A DNA stretch of 64,000 bases from an uncultured Alphaproteobacteria bacterium (GCA_963724785.1 CAVRWC010000012.1:5056-69055); one strand, 5' to 3'. Counted from the stretch's first letter, positions 9,578 to 22,013 are shown. The notes: generated by a model from the letters alone, not told the origin. Program-made: numbers and translations.

Positions 9578-10660
9578 TGTCCGGGTTCGGACAGATATGA
9601 GACGCAGTGATTGATAAGAGGAAGGGGGTCTCCGAAGCTGAGTGTTGCGAATTAACCAGCCTCAGGAGACCCCCCATGCAGGTTCGTGGCCTGCCCCGGC
9701 AGATTATCAGGAACGGCGTCGCCGCGTCGCGTCTTCTCGCAGCGAAGACCGCAAATATCGAAGCGGAGAGAAGACGCGACGCGGTGGCCCGCTGGCGGCG
9801 CGCTATGAGCGACGGGCTGAGCGCCGAGCAGGCGGCTCGAGCCGTGGGCGCGCCCCGCTCAACGCTTTACCGATGGGAAAAGTCTGCTGAGTTGCGCTCG
9901 CGCCGGCCCAGGCGCGTCCGGCAGCCCAAGTGGCCGCCGGCCTTGGTCGAGGCGGTCGAAGCCGCCCGAGCCGACAACCCGATGTGGGGCAAGCGCAAGA
10001 TCGCCGCTCTCCTCAAGCGTGAGGGACAGGCTGTCAGCGTCTCTAAGGTGGGACGCATCTTGCGGCGGCTGATGGCGCGCGCGTTGTCGTTCCGGTGCCG
10101 ATCCTGCGGCGCAGGCCCGGCGGCCGGCGCTTCCGGTTCGACACGCGCCAGCGCTACGCCCAGCGCCTGGCCAAGGGTCGAAAAGCCCACACGCCCGGAG
10201 AACTCGTCCAGATCGACACCCTCTTCGTCAATGTCCGTCCCGACCGGGCGATCAAACACTTCACCGCCTACGATCCGGTCGCCAAATGGACGGTCGGCCA
10301 TGTCGCGACCGCCGCATCCGCCAGCGCCGCCAAGGACCTGCTCGACAAGCTCCTCGCCAGCGCGCCCTTCAAGGTCAAGGGGATCCAGGTCGACGGCGGA
10401 TCCGAGTTCATGTCGGTCTTCGAAGACCACTGCCGCGACAAACGCCTCGAACTCGTCGTCCTGCCGCCCAAGCGGCCCGACCTCAACGGATGCGTCGAGC
10501 GCGCCCAGTCGTCCTGGAGATACGAGTTCTACGCCTCCTATGACCTGCCCGCCCGCATCGATAAGCTCCAGCCGCTCGTCGACGCCTTCGCCCACCGGTA
10601 CAATCACCACAGACCTCACCAGGCCCTTGGCGATCTCACGCCAGCCGAGTATCTCAGTCC
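9578..10660 (+). mobile_element. IS481-family element, transposase (ATG ~9676) frameshifted, right end apparently missing
   Basis: Starts TGTCCGGGTTC; HTH (RSTLYRW), NPMWGKRKI, PGELVQIDTL, IQVDGGSEF, LNGCVER, YNHHRPHQAL..TPAEYL; frameshift near 10085; no matching right IR found. Confidence 0.8.
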
Positions 10661-10718
10661 TGCAAGTCCGCATAAGTCAGCACCGGTGGCATATCTGGGA
10701 GGACAACGACATTCTCCT

Positions 10719-11543
10719 TCATTCCCAAAAGCCCGGTGTTCGCTGTTCGATCGGACCACCCAATCTCACCGGTGCGATGCATGTGGCAAGACCTGTGGCC
10801 GGATCGGTTTCGACAGCGACACCGCACATTGACGCCGCGCCCTCTGCAGGCAGGAACCGTCCGAACGTCACGCCCGTGGCGAAACGCCGGACCGGCTCTT
10901 CTTTCTGCATCCCGACGACGGAGTCGTAATCGCCCGTCATGCCCACGTCGGTGATGTAGGCCGTGCCGCCGGCAAGGATGCGGTGATCAGCACTGGGCGT
11001 GTGCGTGTGCGTACCTACGACGAGACTGACGCGTCCGTCGCAGAAATGTCCCATTGCCTGTTTTTCTCCCGTTGCTTCGCAATGGAAGTCCACGATGATC
11101 GCGTCGACATCCCGGCCGAGCTTGTGGGCGTGCAATAGGCGGTCGATCGAACCGAACGGATCGTCGCTCGGCTCCATGAACAGGCGCCCTAAAGCGTTCA
11201 CAACCAGCACGCGCTTGCCGCCGACGGTCTCGACACGGACAAAGCCCTGTCCTGGCGTGCCCGGCACGTAGTTCAGCGGCCGCACCAGCCGCGGCTCGAT
11301 CCCGATGAAGCTTAAGGCTTCCTTGCGAGCCCAGGTATGATTGCCCAGCGTAACCACGTCGGCCCCAGCGCCGCGAATACCCTGATACGCATCCTCGGTA
11401 ATCCCGAACCCGGCGCCCGCGGAGTTCTCGCCGTTCACCACCGCGAGGTCGACCTCCCAACGCGAGATCGCATCCGGAAGCATCGATTTCACTGCGGTCA
11501 TTCCCGCTGCGCCGACCACGTCGCCGATGAACAGAATCCGCAA
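10719..11543 (-). CDS. YmdB / TIGR00282 metallophosphoesterase
   Basis: MRILFIGDVVG..NGENSA..TLGNH..DFHCEATGEK..VGTHTH..TDVGMTG. Confidence 0.93.
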   Translation of the reverse strand: MRILFIGDVVGAAGMTAVKSMLPDAISRWEVDLAVVNGENSAGAGFGITEDAYQGIRGAGADVVTLGNHTWARKEALSFIGIEPRLVRPLNYVPGTPGQGFVRVETVGGKRVLVVNALGRLFMEPSDDPFGSIDRLLHAHKLGRDVDAIIVDFHCEATGEKQAMGHFCDGRVSLVVGTHTHTPSADHRILAGGTAYITDVGMTGDYDSVVGMQKEEPVRRFATGVTFGRFLPAEGAASMCGVAVETDPATGLATCIAPVRLGGPIEQRTPGFWE

Positions 11544-11690
11544 CTAGCCCTCCCTCGCCTGCCTGGAACCGATGGTCTACGCATCAGTAACTCTCTGGTG
11601 TAGGTCGCGTTATGCGGCCTTCTTAAAGATGAGTTCCGGGCGCCATTTCCATGAGAGCGTTCGAGCAGTCAGGCGTGAGGAAAAGCCGCA

Positions 11691-12224
11691 TCAGAACGCC
11701 GCACCCCGACGGATAAACGCCATTGTGATCGCGTCTCGATATGCCCCATCGACGAAAACGGCATCGCGTATAATGCCTTCCCTCACAAAACCGACCCTGT
11801 CGTAGAGAGCAATCGCCCACTCATTGTCGGCATGCACGCCCAACTCAATGCGAACGAAGCCTGCGCCGAACGCGGCTTCCAAGGTCGCGTTAATAAGCCG
11901 CGCCCCGAGGCCACGGCTCCGATAGGCCGGAACAATTCCCATGCCGAGGGCTCCTCGATGAGCGCGCGCGCGGGGAAGTGGCGTCGGACATCGCACCACC
12001 CAACGACTTCGCCTTCCGCCCAAGCTACAAATTGCGGGTTGCCGCTTATGATGTTGTTCATCACGAATTCGCGGCGGCGGCAACGGGAGCGCTTCGAGAA
12101 GAGTGAGGAATTTCCGCCCACGCGCGACCGTGTCGAGCGCGCAATGAAAGCTCTCGATGTGTTCGGGGGCAATTGGCGCGACGCTCGCGTCCGGCAGGAC
12201 GTGCACTCGGTCGGAGGCTGTCAT
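11691..12224 (-). pseudogene. GNAT acetyltransferase (frameshifted)
   Basis: VVGWCD..LGMGIVPAYRSRGLG..RIELGVHADN..AIALY..GF..EG split over two frames. Confidence 0.75.
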
Positions 12225-12631
12225 GGGTGGACTATGACCTAATCTCGAGAAGCGCCTACGGGCGTCCAACTCCAAAACTAAACGGTATTCGATCTAAAAG
12301 CGCTGTCCCACGATTTCTAACCACCAATGTCCGCTGCTGCTTGCGGATCGATGACCGCAATAACGCGGCCCGCTGCTGGCGCCACAGAGGGCAATCGAGC
12401 GTTAGCTCCGGGAACGCCCCAGGGCGCTTGGAGCGGAAGTTGAATGGAAGTCATGAGATTTCGGGGCGCGCGAAGACGAAGCCGGAGTTGCTGCGGCCTT
12501 GGCTCGACGGACAGTTAGCAAGTCTTCGGCCGGTTAGCGAAGGCAGATCTTGCGCATCTTCGTTCAGGGGCGACCACGGTGACGCCTATCGCGCACGGCG
12601 ATATCACGGCAATGGCCGATGGGCGCCTGAG

Positions 12632-13829
12632 ATGGAAAACCCGTCCAACCGATATTCGAGTACTCGGGGCCAGCGCGGAATCTCCGACCTATGGATCCGC
12701 GTCGTGCTGGTGAGCACACTCGTCAGCAGCGTCGCCGGCGCAGCCTATGGCCATTTCGCTCATGACGCGCTTGTGACCGGCGCCGTGGTCGGCGCGGCGT
12801 TCGGCGCCGTCTTCTCAACCCTGGAGGGCCTCGTGTTCCACGGCGAGTCCGGCGCCGGACTGCGGAGTGCGCCGTTCCTCGTCAATCTCGGGGTCAGGGT
12901 CGCGGCTTATTTCGTTCTGATCGTCGCGATGATGCCGGTTGTCGTGCGCCTAATGAACGGTCCGGGCTCGCTCAGCGGGCTCGGTCCTGCCGATGTCAGC
13001 TTCACTCTGCCGGGCTCGGTCCTGGGCAACCTGATGTACGCCATTGCCGACCTGCTCGGCCCCGGCGTGCTTATCGCCTTCGCCGCCGGCCGCTATCATC
13101 GTCCGCGAGCGGAGGAGCGGGCGCTGCTGTTCATCGACCTGTGCGGGTCGACGGCCACGGCCGAACGACTTGGACAGAAGCGGTTTCTGGCGTTCCTCGA
13201 CGCCTTCATCGCGCGACATTGTCGCGAACGGCGGCGAGAATCACAAATACGTCGGCGACGAAGTCATCGCCCTTTGGCGACTCGCGCTCGGCCGGAGCGA
13301 CGCCGCGATTGCGCGTGCATGTTTTTCGGCCCGCGCGCGACTTGACGCGCGCCGCGGGGTCTACGAGCGGGCGTTTGGCGAAGGCGCCGAATTTCGCGCC
13401 GCGCCGCACGCAGGCGTAGTGGCGGTCGGCGAGATCGGGCTCTACAAGAAGGAGATTGCGGTGATCGGCGACCCGATGAACACCGCCGCGCGTATTCTCG
13501 ACGCGTGCCGCGAACTGGGCTATCCGACGCTCGCCTCGTCCACCCTCATCGAGCGCCTGAACCTGCCGCCGGACCGAATCGAATGCGCGGCTATCCCGGC
13601 CCCCGCGTTACGAGGCAAGATCGAACCGCTCGACCTCGTCGCGCTTTCGCCGATCCGGCTTGGTGGGGATGCGGCGGTCGAGGCCCTCTGCCGAAAACTC
13701 CATAGTAGAGCGGCACGGCCTGCTGGTCGCCTCAATCTAGCCGCGCTCAATCCGTTGGCGCTGAGAACTGGGGCGCCCGATTTTCGAATCCAGCGCGGAC
13801 AGCCTCGCGCTGGTTCTCCGACCCGATGA
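12632..13829 (+). pseudogene. Membrane-anchored class III adenylate/guanylate cyclase (frameshift ~13215)
   Basis: TM helices, GRYHRPR.EER..LFIDL.GST..AERLG, then KYVGDEVI..VGEIG..KKEIA.IGD.MNTAARI; 3' end uncertain. Confidence 0.8.
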
Positions 13830-14500
13830 GTCTCGCCTGTTCCGCGGTTTCCGCCTCTAGCATCGCTCCGGCATTGGAGAGGGTCGACATGTTGAGGAGA
13901 CGCTTCGCCGCACGGATTGCGTCCGGACTTCGGGCCGCAATCTCCCGGGCGAGTTTCATTCCGGCAGAATGCGGATCTTCGACGACACGGGTGACGAAGC
14001 CGAATTCTAACGATTCCTCGGCCGAAAATTCTCGAGCGGTATAGGTCAACTCTCGGACAATGTCCTCGCGGGCGAGATGCCTCATCAAATGCGTGCCCGC
14101 CATGTCGGGTACGAGGCCCCATTTGGTCTCGAGGATTGAGAAGCGCGTCTTGGGATGGACCAAACGAAGGTCGGCGGCCAAAGCGAGTTGAAAACCGCTT
14201 CCAAACGCAATCCCATGCACGGCTGCGATGACGGGTACGGGAAGCTCGCGCCACTGCCAGACTACATGTTGCACAAGATTGGCCAGGCCATGACTGCGTC
14301 TGCTCAGATCGACCGAGGGAATGAGGCTCTCGCCTCGCGCGAGCGCTTTCATCCGCCCGACGTCGAGACCGGCGCAAAAACCGCGCCCTTCGCCCGAGAG
14401 GACGACGGCTCGCAGGCCCTCCGTCTCGTTCAGGGCCGAGCCGGCCTCTTCGAGCGCGTTGAACATTGCGGAGTCGAGCGCGTTAAGCTTGTCCGGTCGG
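13747..14500 (-). CDS. Crotonase/enoyl-CoA hydratase family protein, N-terminus damaged
   Basis: RPDKLNALDSAMF..FCAGLD..PVPVIAAVHGIAFGSGFQLAL.AD..KWGLVPDMAG; close paralog of the gene at 31276-32100. Confidence 0.82.
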
Positions 14501-14603
14501 GTAAGGGGGATGTCCCGCTCTGTGTTGAAATTCGCGGAACGGGCGCTGCTGGTTGAGAGCTATGCGGCTTCGTCGATTTGAGCAAGAGATGGCTTGGCGA
14601 GGG

Positions 14604-17073
14604 CAGGGCTCCGAACTCGGGTTAACGGGATTTACGAGTTGCGGAAGAGGTGAATCTATGGGGCTCCTGATTCGGAGCCCGGCCATGGACGCTTCATCCT
14701 TTCAACCCGCCCAACCCTCGCGGCTGCGGCTTCTCCTGGAGCATTTTTCCCGGATCGAGGACAAGCGGAGCCCGGAACGGGTGGCGCACAGGCTGGACGA
14801 GGTCTTGCTCCTGTGCGTCTGCGCCACAATCGCCGACTGCGACAGCTTTGACGCCATCTCCGACTGGGGAAACGCACATCTCGGGTTCCTGCAGCGGTTC
14901 CTGCCCTACGATTGGGGCGTTCCCTCCGGGCGCTGGCTCAACCTGATGATGAACCGGATCGATCCGGCCCTGTTCGCCGCCTGCTTCATGGATTGGGTGC
15001 TGGACTGCTGGCCCGAGCCGCTCGACGCGATCGCCATCGACGGCAAGACCGTGCGCCGCAGCCACGACCGGTCCAAGGGGCGGGCCGCGCTGCATCTGGT
15101 CTCCGCCTTCGCCACGGGCAGCCAGCTGGCGCTCGGGCAGGAGGCGGTCGCCGACAAGAGCAACGAGACGACCGCCATCCCTCTCCTGCTCGAAAAGCTC
15201 GCCGCCGACCGCAGCCTAAGCAGCTTCCGGTGGGTTGACCAACGGGTGTGTATTGGGATTCGCTGTGACGGCTGATTTCGGGGGTATGCGTCATGGTGGG
15301 AAAGTCTCCAGTTACAGCAAGCGAGCCGCAACGCGTGGCCCTGTTGGCTCTTTCCGTCTCGCCCGAGCGTGGGGAAGCGGACCGAGCTCGGGCGATGTTG
15401 CTGACGCTGGCGGGCTGGACCAGTCCGAAGATCGCCGAGGCGTTTGGGGTTCGGGAGGACACGGTTCGCTTCTGGCGAGGCGCTTTCCTCGCCGGCGGCG
15501 TCGAAGCCTTGAAGGCGAGGGTCGCGCCGGGTCCCGTTCCGGTGAAGAGCGAAGCGGCGTTGCGCGTGGTCACGCCGTTGCTCGAAGCGCCCGTGGCCGA
15601 CCGCATCAACTGGACGATCCCTCGGCTGCGCGCCGAGATCGAGGCGCGTGAAGGCGTGCGCATCAGTCGTTCGCAACTGTCCAAGGCGTTGCGAAAAAAA
15701 ACTTCCGCTGGCGGCGGCCCCGGCACACGCTGAAGGGACGCCAGATCGTCAGCGAGGTGGAGCGGATCGGCCTGCGCCTGCAACTGCGCAAACGGCAGGC
15801 CGAAGCCGGCGACATCGTGCTTCTTTACGGCGACGAGAGCGAGGCGTTGACGCATCCCTATCTCGCCCGCGCCTGGGCGAAGTCGGGAGCGGACCTGCGT
15901 GTGCCGGCGCCGGGACAGGCCAGGAAGGTCGCGATCCTGGGATCGCTCGATCATCTGACCCGCCGGCTCATCGTGCATACCAGCCCGACCAAACGCAGCA
16001 GCGACTTCATCGCCCATCTCGAGCAGATCGATCATCTCTACGGCCCGCAGCCCGGACGCCAGACAAAGCCGGTCGTGCTGGTCGAGGACAATGGCCCGAT
16101 CCACGCCAGCACGCGCTCGCGCGCCGCACTGTCCACCCGGGCGCACTGGCTGACCGTGGAATGGCTGCCCAAGTACGCGCCCGAACTCAATGACATCGAG
16201 ACGGTCTGGCGCGACCTCAAGGCCCATCACCTCGCCCACCAGACCTTCACCGACGCCGACGCTCTCGACCGAGCCATCCACAACGCCGTCTCCGATCTCA
16301 ATCAAGAGCGCATGCCCGTTCCGTTGGCCAGATCACGAATCTCTGCTTAGAGGGCGCGCTGATCAGCATCGACGCCATCGCCTGCAATCCTCCCATCGCT
16401 CAGGCCATTCGCGCCGTCGGCGCCGACTACCTGCTCGCCGTCAAAGGCAACCAGCCGACCCTCGAGGCCGACATCGAGGCCGCCTTCGAAGCCGCCGCCA
16501 AGGGCGAGATCGAGGTCGACGTCGATCACGACAAGGGCCACGGCCGCATCGAGACCCGCACCGTCTCCGTCATGCGCCAGGTCGACTGGCTCGACGGCGA
16601 CCGGCGCTTTCCCCGCGAGGTCCGGTTTCGCGACGCGCGCGCCATCGTCAAAGTCGAAGCGCGGACCGAGTTGAAGGACCGCTCCCGGTTCGACACCCGC
16701 TATTACATCACCTCCAGCCCGCGCTCCGCGACCGCGCTCGGGCGCGCCATCCGCGGCCATTGGGGCATCGAGAACCCGCGGCACTGGACGCTCGACGTGA
16801 CCTTTCAGGAGGACCTGTCGCGCGTGCGCAAGGGCCACGGCGCGCAGAACATGGCGCTCGTGCGCAAGTTCGCCCTCAACAAGCTACGCGCCGCCCCCCA
16901 GCTCAGCCAGCCGCCGAACCTTCCCGTCAAACCCTGCCGCCGGCCGACCAAGCCGCCCCGCCCCAAAAGCCTCAAGCTGCGCAGAAAAATCGCCAGCTGG
17001 GACGTCAAATGCCTCGCCGAAATCCTCACCGGTCAGACCGGTTAAGGAAAATTAAGCCGGATTCGGAGCCCTG
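14604..17073 (+). mobile_element. ISAs1-family element; transposase (14685-17045) interrupted by IS630
   Basis: IRs CAGGGCTCCGAA / TTCGGAGCCCTG; AIDGKTVRRS, KSNETTAIP, SIDAIAC..LAVKGNQP, HGRIETR, IRGHWGIEN..HWTLDV.F.ED; no flanking duplication seen. Confidence 0.88.
15219..16347 (+). mobile_element. IS630-family element with two overlapping ORFs (15293-15733 and ~15700-16350)
   Basis: TA duplicated at 15217-15218 and 16348-16349; AGCAG.. IRs; HTH ORF then DESE..DNGPIH..LPKYAPELN.IE..W DDE domain; A8 run at 15694-15701 joins the frames by -1 shift. Confidence 0.9.
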
Positions 17074-17162
17074 GATGGGCGGCGCTCTCCGATAAGACGG
17101 CGCGCAGCGCCGAAAGACAAAGGCCGCACCGATAAGCGTCGGCAAGCTCGCCTTCCGTCCCC

Positions 17163-18383
17163 CTACCCCTTCGCCAGCGCCCGGATGTCGAAGGCCGGGT
17201 CGGCGGCCTGCTCGGGGGTCAGGGTTTTGCCGGTGGCGAAAATGCGCTTGGCGGCGGCGTGGTCGCCGGCGCGGTTGACCAACTCGACCACCGCCAGCTT
17301 GCCGCCCCGAAAGCCGAACACCGAGAAGGCGCGGCTCGCCGGATCGCCGCGCGCCACCCACTGGTCGACGCCATGCGACAGGCCGACGATCAGGAGCTTG
17401 AGGTCGCCCTGGTCGCTCCAGAACCAGGCGAGCGCGTCGTAGCGCGACGGCTTGCCGGCCAGCCGGGCGGCGACGCATTTGCCCTGGTCGACCGCGTTCT
17501 GGATCGATTCGAGCCGGGTCTCGAACCCGAGCGTCGCGTTGGGAAATTCGGCGCAGTCGCCGATCGCCGAAATGTCCGGGTCGGAGGTCGTGAGATGCGC
17601 GTCGACGACGATCCCGTTCCTGCATTCGAGCCCGGCCTCGCGGGCGAGCGCGTCCTCGGCGGTGACGCCGACGCCGACCAGAACGAGATCGGCCGGCACG
17701 ACCTCGCCGTCGGTGAGCACGACCGCCTCCGCCTTGTCGGTCCCCCGGATCGCCTTGACCCCGACCCCGAGGACGAGCCGCGCGCCGAACACCCTGTGCG
17801 CCTCGGCGTAGAAGTCGGACAGGATCGGCGAGACCGCGCGACCCATCGGCCGGGCGATCTCGATCACCGTCACCTCGGCGCCGAGCTTGGCCGCGGTCGC
17901 CGCGACCTCGAGCCCGATGAAGCCCGCGCCGATCACCACGACCCTGAGCCCGGCGGCGATCCGCTCGCGCAAAGCGGTCGCGTCGGCGATGTTGCGCAGG
18001 GCGAACACGCCCGTGAGATCGACGCCCGGGACCTCGAGCCGTCGCTGGCGCGCGCCGGTCGCGAGGATCAGATGGCCGTAGCCGATCGGCGCCGCGTCGG
18101 CGATCTCCACCCGATGCGCCTCGCGGTCGATCCGGACGGCGCGGACGCCGAGCCTCAAGTCGATGCGCTGGTCGCGATAGAAGGCCTCGGCCCGCAGCGG
18201 CAAGCCGTGCAACTCCATCTCGCGCTTCAAGAAAGCCTTGGAGAGCGGCGGGCGCTGATACGGCAGCTCCTTTTCGTCGGACAGGAGGACGATCGCGCCG
18301 TCATAGCCGTCCTCGCGCAGGCTGGCGGCCGCCTGCACGCCGGCGTGTCCGGCGCCGACGATGACGACGGGCGACAAAGGCAT
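17163..18383 (-). CDS. FAD/NAD(P)-dependent ferredoxin reductase-like oxidoreductase
   Basis: VVIVGAGHAG, PYQRPPLSK, VIGAGFIGLE, TSDPDISAIGD, RLESIQNA, WFWSDQ. Confidence 0.9.
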   Translation of the reverse strand: MPLSPVVIVGAGHAGVQAAASLREDGYDGAIVLLSDEKELPYQRPPLSKAFLKREMELHGLPLRAEAFYRDQRIDLRLGVRAVRIDREAHRVEIADAAPIGYGHLILATGARQRRLEVPGVDLTGVFALRNIADATALRERIAAGLRVVVIGAGFIGLEVAATAAKLGAEVTVIEIARPMGRAVSPILSDFYAEAHRVFGARLVLGVGVKAIRGTDKAEAVVLTDGEVVPADLVLVGVGVTAEDALAREAGLECRNGIVVDAHLTTSDPDISAIGDCAEFPNATLGFETRLESIQNAVDQGKCVAARLAGKPSRYDALAWFWSDQGDLKLLIVGLSHGVDQWVARGDPASRAFSVFGFRGGKLAVVELVNRAGDHAAAKRIFATGKTLTPEQAADPAFDIRALAKG

Positions 18384-18411
18384 CACGATCTCCAAAACCG
18401 GTCCGCGCCGC

Positions 18412-20035
18412 TCAATCGTTGGCGTAGATCCAGGACCGGCGGCGGGGCGGCTCGGGTTCGCCCGGGCCGGGATCGTCCGGCGCCATGCTCTCTGGGTCGA
18501 CGACCGGGCCGGTCCGCGGCGGCCGTCGGCGAGGCCGGGCCGCTCCGCGGCGGCTCGGCCGCGGGCGGCGGGGTGTCCGGAAGCCGTCGCAGGCTCCGGC
18601 GCGACCGGAGGCTCCGACGCAGGCGGGGGCGCCGGGGGCGGCTCCTGCGGCGGGGTCTCCGCCACAGGGGCGCGGGGCGGCAGGCTCTTCGGCGGAGGCG
18701 GCAGCGCCTCGGTTACGATCGGTGTGGGCTCGGGAAGCGCGGTCAGGCGCTCGTCGGGGGTGCGCCAGACGAAGGCGTCCAGCGCGCCCGAGGGCGAAAC
18801 GGGCGCCCACCGGTCGCTGATCACGCCGTCGGCGACCCAGGCCTTGTCTCGCGGGGCGCGGGCGGCGCGCGACAGCCACTCGCGCACGGCGCCCTGGTTG
18901 CCGTCCGCCTGCTCGATGTCGGCCATCAACAGGCAGACGCGCCGGGTCGGTCGGCCGTCCAGGGAATCGGATGTGAGAAGCGGCGCGATTGCGTCGCGCG
19001 CCGCGGCGCGGTCCTGCGCTTCGAGCGCGGCCCGGCCGACGAGCAGCATCGACTCCGGGTCGTTGGGCGCAGTGCGAGCCAGCGCGCGGGCGCGGGCGAG
19101 CCGGTCCGCCGGCGAATCGCCGGGCCGCACGCGCAGATAGGCCGCGGCGAGGTCGGGGTGCGGGGTCTGCGCATAGGCGGTTTCGAGAATCTTGGTCGCG
19201 CGGCGGTAGTCGCCGCCGTTGCCGGCCAGCCGTCCGTAAAGCGTGGCGGCCGGAACGAGGGTCGGCGCCAGCTTGCAGGCCTCCTGCGCGAGCGCCATCG
19301 CCCGCTTCGGGTCGCTCTCCTGCTTCTCCTCCGCCATCGCGGTCTTGATCACCGCGCGCCATCGCTGCGCGGTCGGCTTGTCGACGAGCCGGGCGGCGGC
19401 GTTGGAATCGACGGTCGCAAGCGCGCCCGCCCAATCGCCGCGGCGCGTCCGGTCGTCGAGCACCGCTTGTCCCGCCCAGGCGGCCGGGGCATGGGCGTTG
19501 GCGCGCACCGCATAATGCAGCGCCGCTTCGTGGTCGCCGGCCCGCCGCGCCTCGACGTGCAGTCCGCGCAGACCGAGACCGTGCGTGTCTTTATGCTCGA
19601 GCATGGCGTTGTAGGCCGCGACCGCCCCCTGCCGATCTCCCGCAAGCTGCGCCGCCTGAGCGGTGAGGAGCTTGGTCATCGGCTCGTTCGCCACCAGGCG
19701 GTTCGCCTCCGCCGCGTGCTTGGCGGCGGCGCGGGTGTCGCCGGTATTGACCGCGATCAGGCCGCGCGACACCGCCGTGAGCCCCTTCTCGCGTCGGCGC
19801 GCCCTCGACCACAGCGACATCAGCGTGGGGACCCGGAAGACGAAGCGCAGCAAGGCCAGGACGATCGACCAGACGATCGCGACCAGGGCGACAATGCCGA
19901 GCGCCATCATCAGCGAGACCCGGTATTCGACGCCGCCCCAGGTCACCGTGACCATGCCCGGGTTGTCGGCGAGCCACATCATGCCCCAGCCGGCGAATGC
20001 GCCACCGCAGCGAGGAGAATCAACAGGCGAAACAT
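18412..20035 (-). CDS. hemY: HemY-like TPR membrane protein (apparent indel errors)
   Basis: WLADNPG.V.VTW..RRREKG..A.SRGLIAV..GD..LL.AQAAQ..LGLRGL..PHPDLA..APRD.AWVADG..WAPVSP; location next to hemD. Confidence 0.82.
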
Positions 20036-20103
20036 GATGTCTCCGAATTCTCGAACTCGGCGCCCCGGGACCCGACCGGGGCGATGCGTAATTTTCGACG
20101 GCT

Positions 20104-21236
20104 TCAGGGCTTTGCGCTCTCGACCAGCCGCGCCACGGCGGCCTCGCGGACCGCCCGCGCCGCGGCGACGGCGGCCTGTTTGTGTTGCGTCTCGGCCGCC
20201 CAGCTCTCAGCCGCCTGCCGCGCCGGCGCCGGCAGCTTGGCGAAGGCTGCGAGCGCGCCATCGAGGTCGCCGCGCTGAAGGTTCGCGACGATCTGCGAGG
20301 CGAGCGCCTGCGGATCGTCGCCCGCGGTCTCGCCGACGCGCCGAACCTGGACCAGCCCCCGCAACCGCGCGAGGAATTTGTCCACGACGCCGCCGGCTTC
20401 GGCGGGGGCGACGGCGGCGAGAACCCTGGGCTCCGCCGCCTCGAAGTCGGCGACAAGGGCGTGATTGGTCGGCGCGCCGTCGACCAGCGTTTTCAGCGGC
20501 GCAAGCTGCGCAGGATCGACGCCGAGCGTGGTCAGCGCCGAAACCTCGGACGGGTAGGGGCGCCCGAGGCGAGCTTGTCGCTGAGCGACTCGGCGACGAT
20601 CGCCGTCGCGGCCGGATTGTCGCTGCTCGATGGCTTTTCCGGCGCGACCCGCGTCTCGGTTTTGGGCGCCGTCGCCGTCTGCGCGCTGTCGCTCTTGTCG
20701 GCGGGCGCATTGACGTCGGACGGAGCGCCGCCGGACGCGGCCGGCCTCGCCTCGAGGGCGGCCACCCGCTTGTCAACCGCGGCGAGCCCGGAGGCGACGT
20801 GTGCGCCTTCGACCGCCCCGACACGCTTGTCGAGTCCGGCGATCGCCGCGTCGTCGCGATTCGTCGCCAACTCCAGCGCCGCCAGCCGGCTCGCGTCCGC
20901 CTCCGACAGGCCCGCCGTCGGCTGAAGAAGCGCGAAGCCTCCGACCGCCGCCAGGACCGACACGGCGGCGCCGGCGAAGGCGCCGGCGAGCAGCGCTCCG
21001 CCCGAGCCGGGCGGCTTGGGCTCGGAACGCGGCATCGAAAACGGTCTTTCCGGGGGCGCGCCTGCGGGCGGCGGCGTTCGCGCGGCTTTTTCAGCCTCCG
21101 ATTTCGGCGCGACGGCTTCCGCCTCCTCGCCGGCCGCATCGCCCTCGATCATCTCGCCGTCCGGGCGTTCGTCGCCGTCGCTCGGCGGCGCCTCGCCCGG
21201 CTCGGACACCGTCTCATGGCTTTCCTCGTCGACCAT
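20104..21236 (-). CDS. COG4223 / mitofilin-like membrane-anchored protein (frameshifted)
   Basis: Pro-rich N-terminus, one TM helix, coiled coil, C-terminal ..L.GLVQVRRVG..L.RGDL.GAL....LP..A..W; between hemD and hemY. Confidence 0.75.
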
Positions 21237-21265
21237 CTTTCTTGCGTCCCCGAATTCAGCGCGAC

Positions 21266-22013
21266 CTATATACGAGAGGCTTCGCGGGTTGGAAATAGCG
21301 GCGCGACCTTGATCAACGTCGAAAACAGCGCAGGCTCGTCCGGAGCCTCGGCGATGCTCACATGAGCGGCTCCGAGCGCCTGCAGCGGTTTCGCGACATC
21401 GCCGGACAGGCAGACGTGGGTCATGCGGAGGAAACCTGCGCGGACGCCCCCCGTTTCCGCGAGCGCGGCGGCGAGCGCGGCCGACCGGCGGGAATAATGC
21501 AGCGCGGCCGCGCAGGCGCCGAGGGCCCGGATCTCGGCCGGCTGCCAGCGTTCGCGCGCCTCGGCCGCGTAGACTTCGACGACTTCCAGCGCCAAGGCGC
21601 CCGAGAGCGCCGATTCGAGCGCCGGCTTGCGGTCGCGGCCCGCAAGATAGAGGACGGCCGCGCCGGGCGGGATGGCGTCGGTCAGCGCCTCGACGAGCCG
21701 CGCGGCGTCGGGCGCAGGCGGCGACGCGAGCCGCCAGCCGCGCCGCTTCCGCCGCGCGCGCTGTCTGGGCGCCCACGACATAGAGCGGCGCGGAGCGGTC
21801 GACGGGCGCCTCCACGGCAAAGGCCTTGGCGCTGGTGGCGATCACCGCATCGTAGCGCGTCCGTTTCGGCGTGAAGGCGAGCGGGACGACCTCGATGACC
21901 GGCAGGCAGGCGACCGCAAACCCGAGCCCGCGCAGGCGCGCGGCGCTGCCGGCGGCGTCCTCGCGGGCCCGGAACAGCGCGACCCGGCCTCCTGCGGCGG
22001 TTGAACTCGGCAT
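21266..22013 (-). CDS. hemD: Uroporphyrinogen-III synthase (frameshifted)
   Basis: A.RLR.LG..P..YDAVIATSAKAF..YVVG..TA..LYLAGRDRK..EVY.A..LHYSRRSA..CLS..VA..A..PDE.AL. Confidence 0.82.

Noticed and set aside
17163-20456. 1097-aa ORF fusing HemY to a ferredoxin reductase
   Set aside because: Explained by indels near 20000 and ~18550; the reductase has its own RBS and ATG at 18383 and HemY has a plausible stop at 18412
17259-21365. 1368-aa plus-strand ORF and many other long antisense ORFs
   Set aside because: Arg/Gly/Ala-rich shadows of real genes in high-GC DNA with no recognisable motifs
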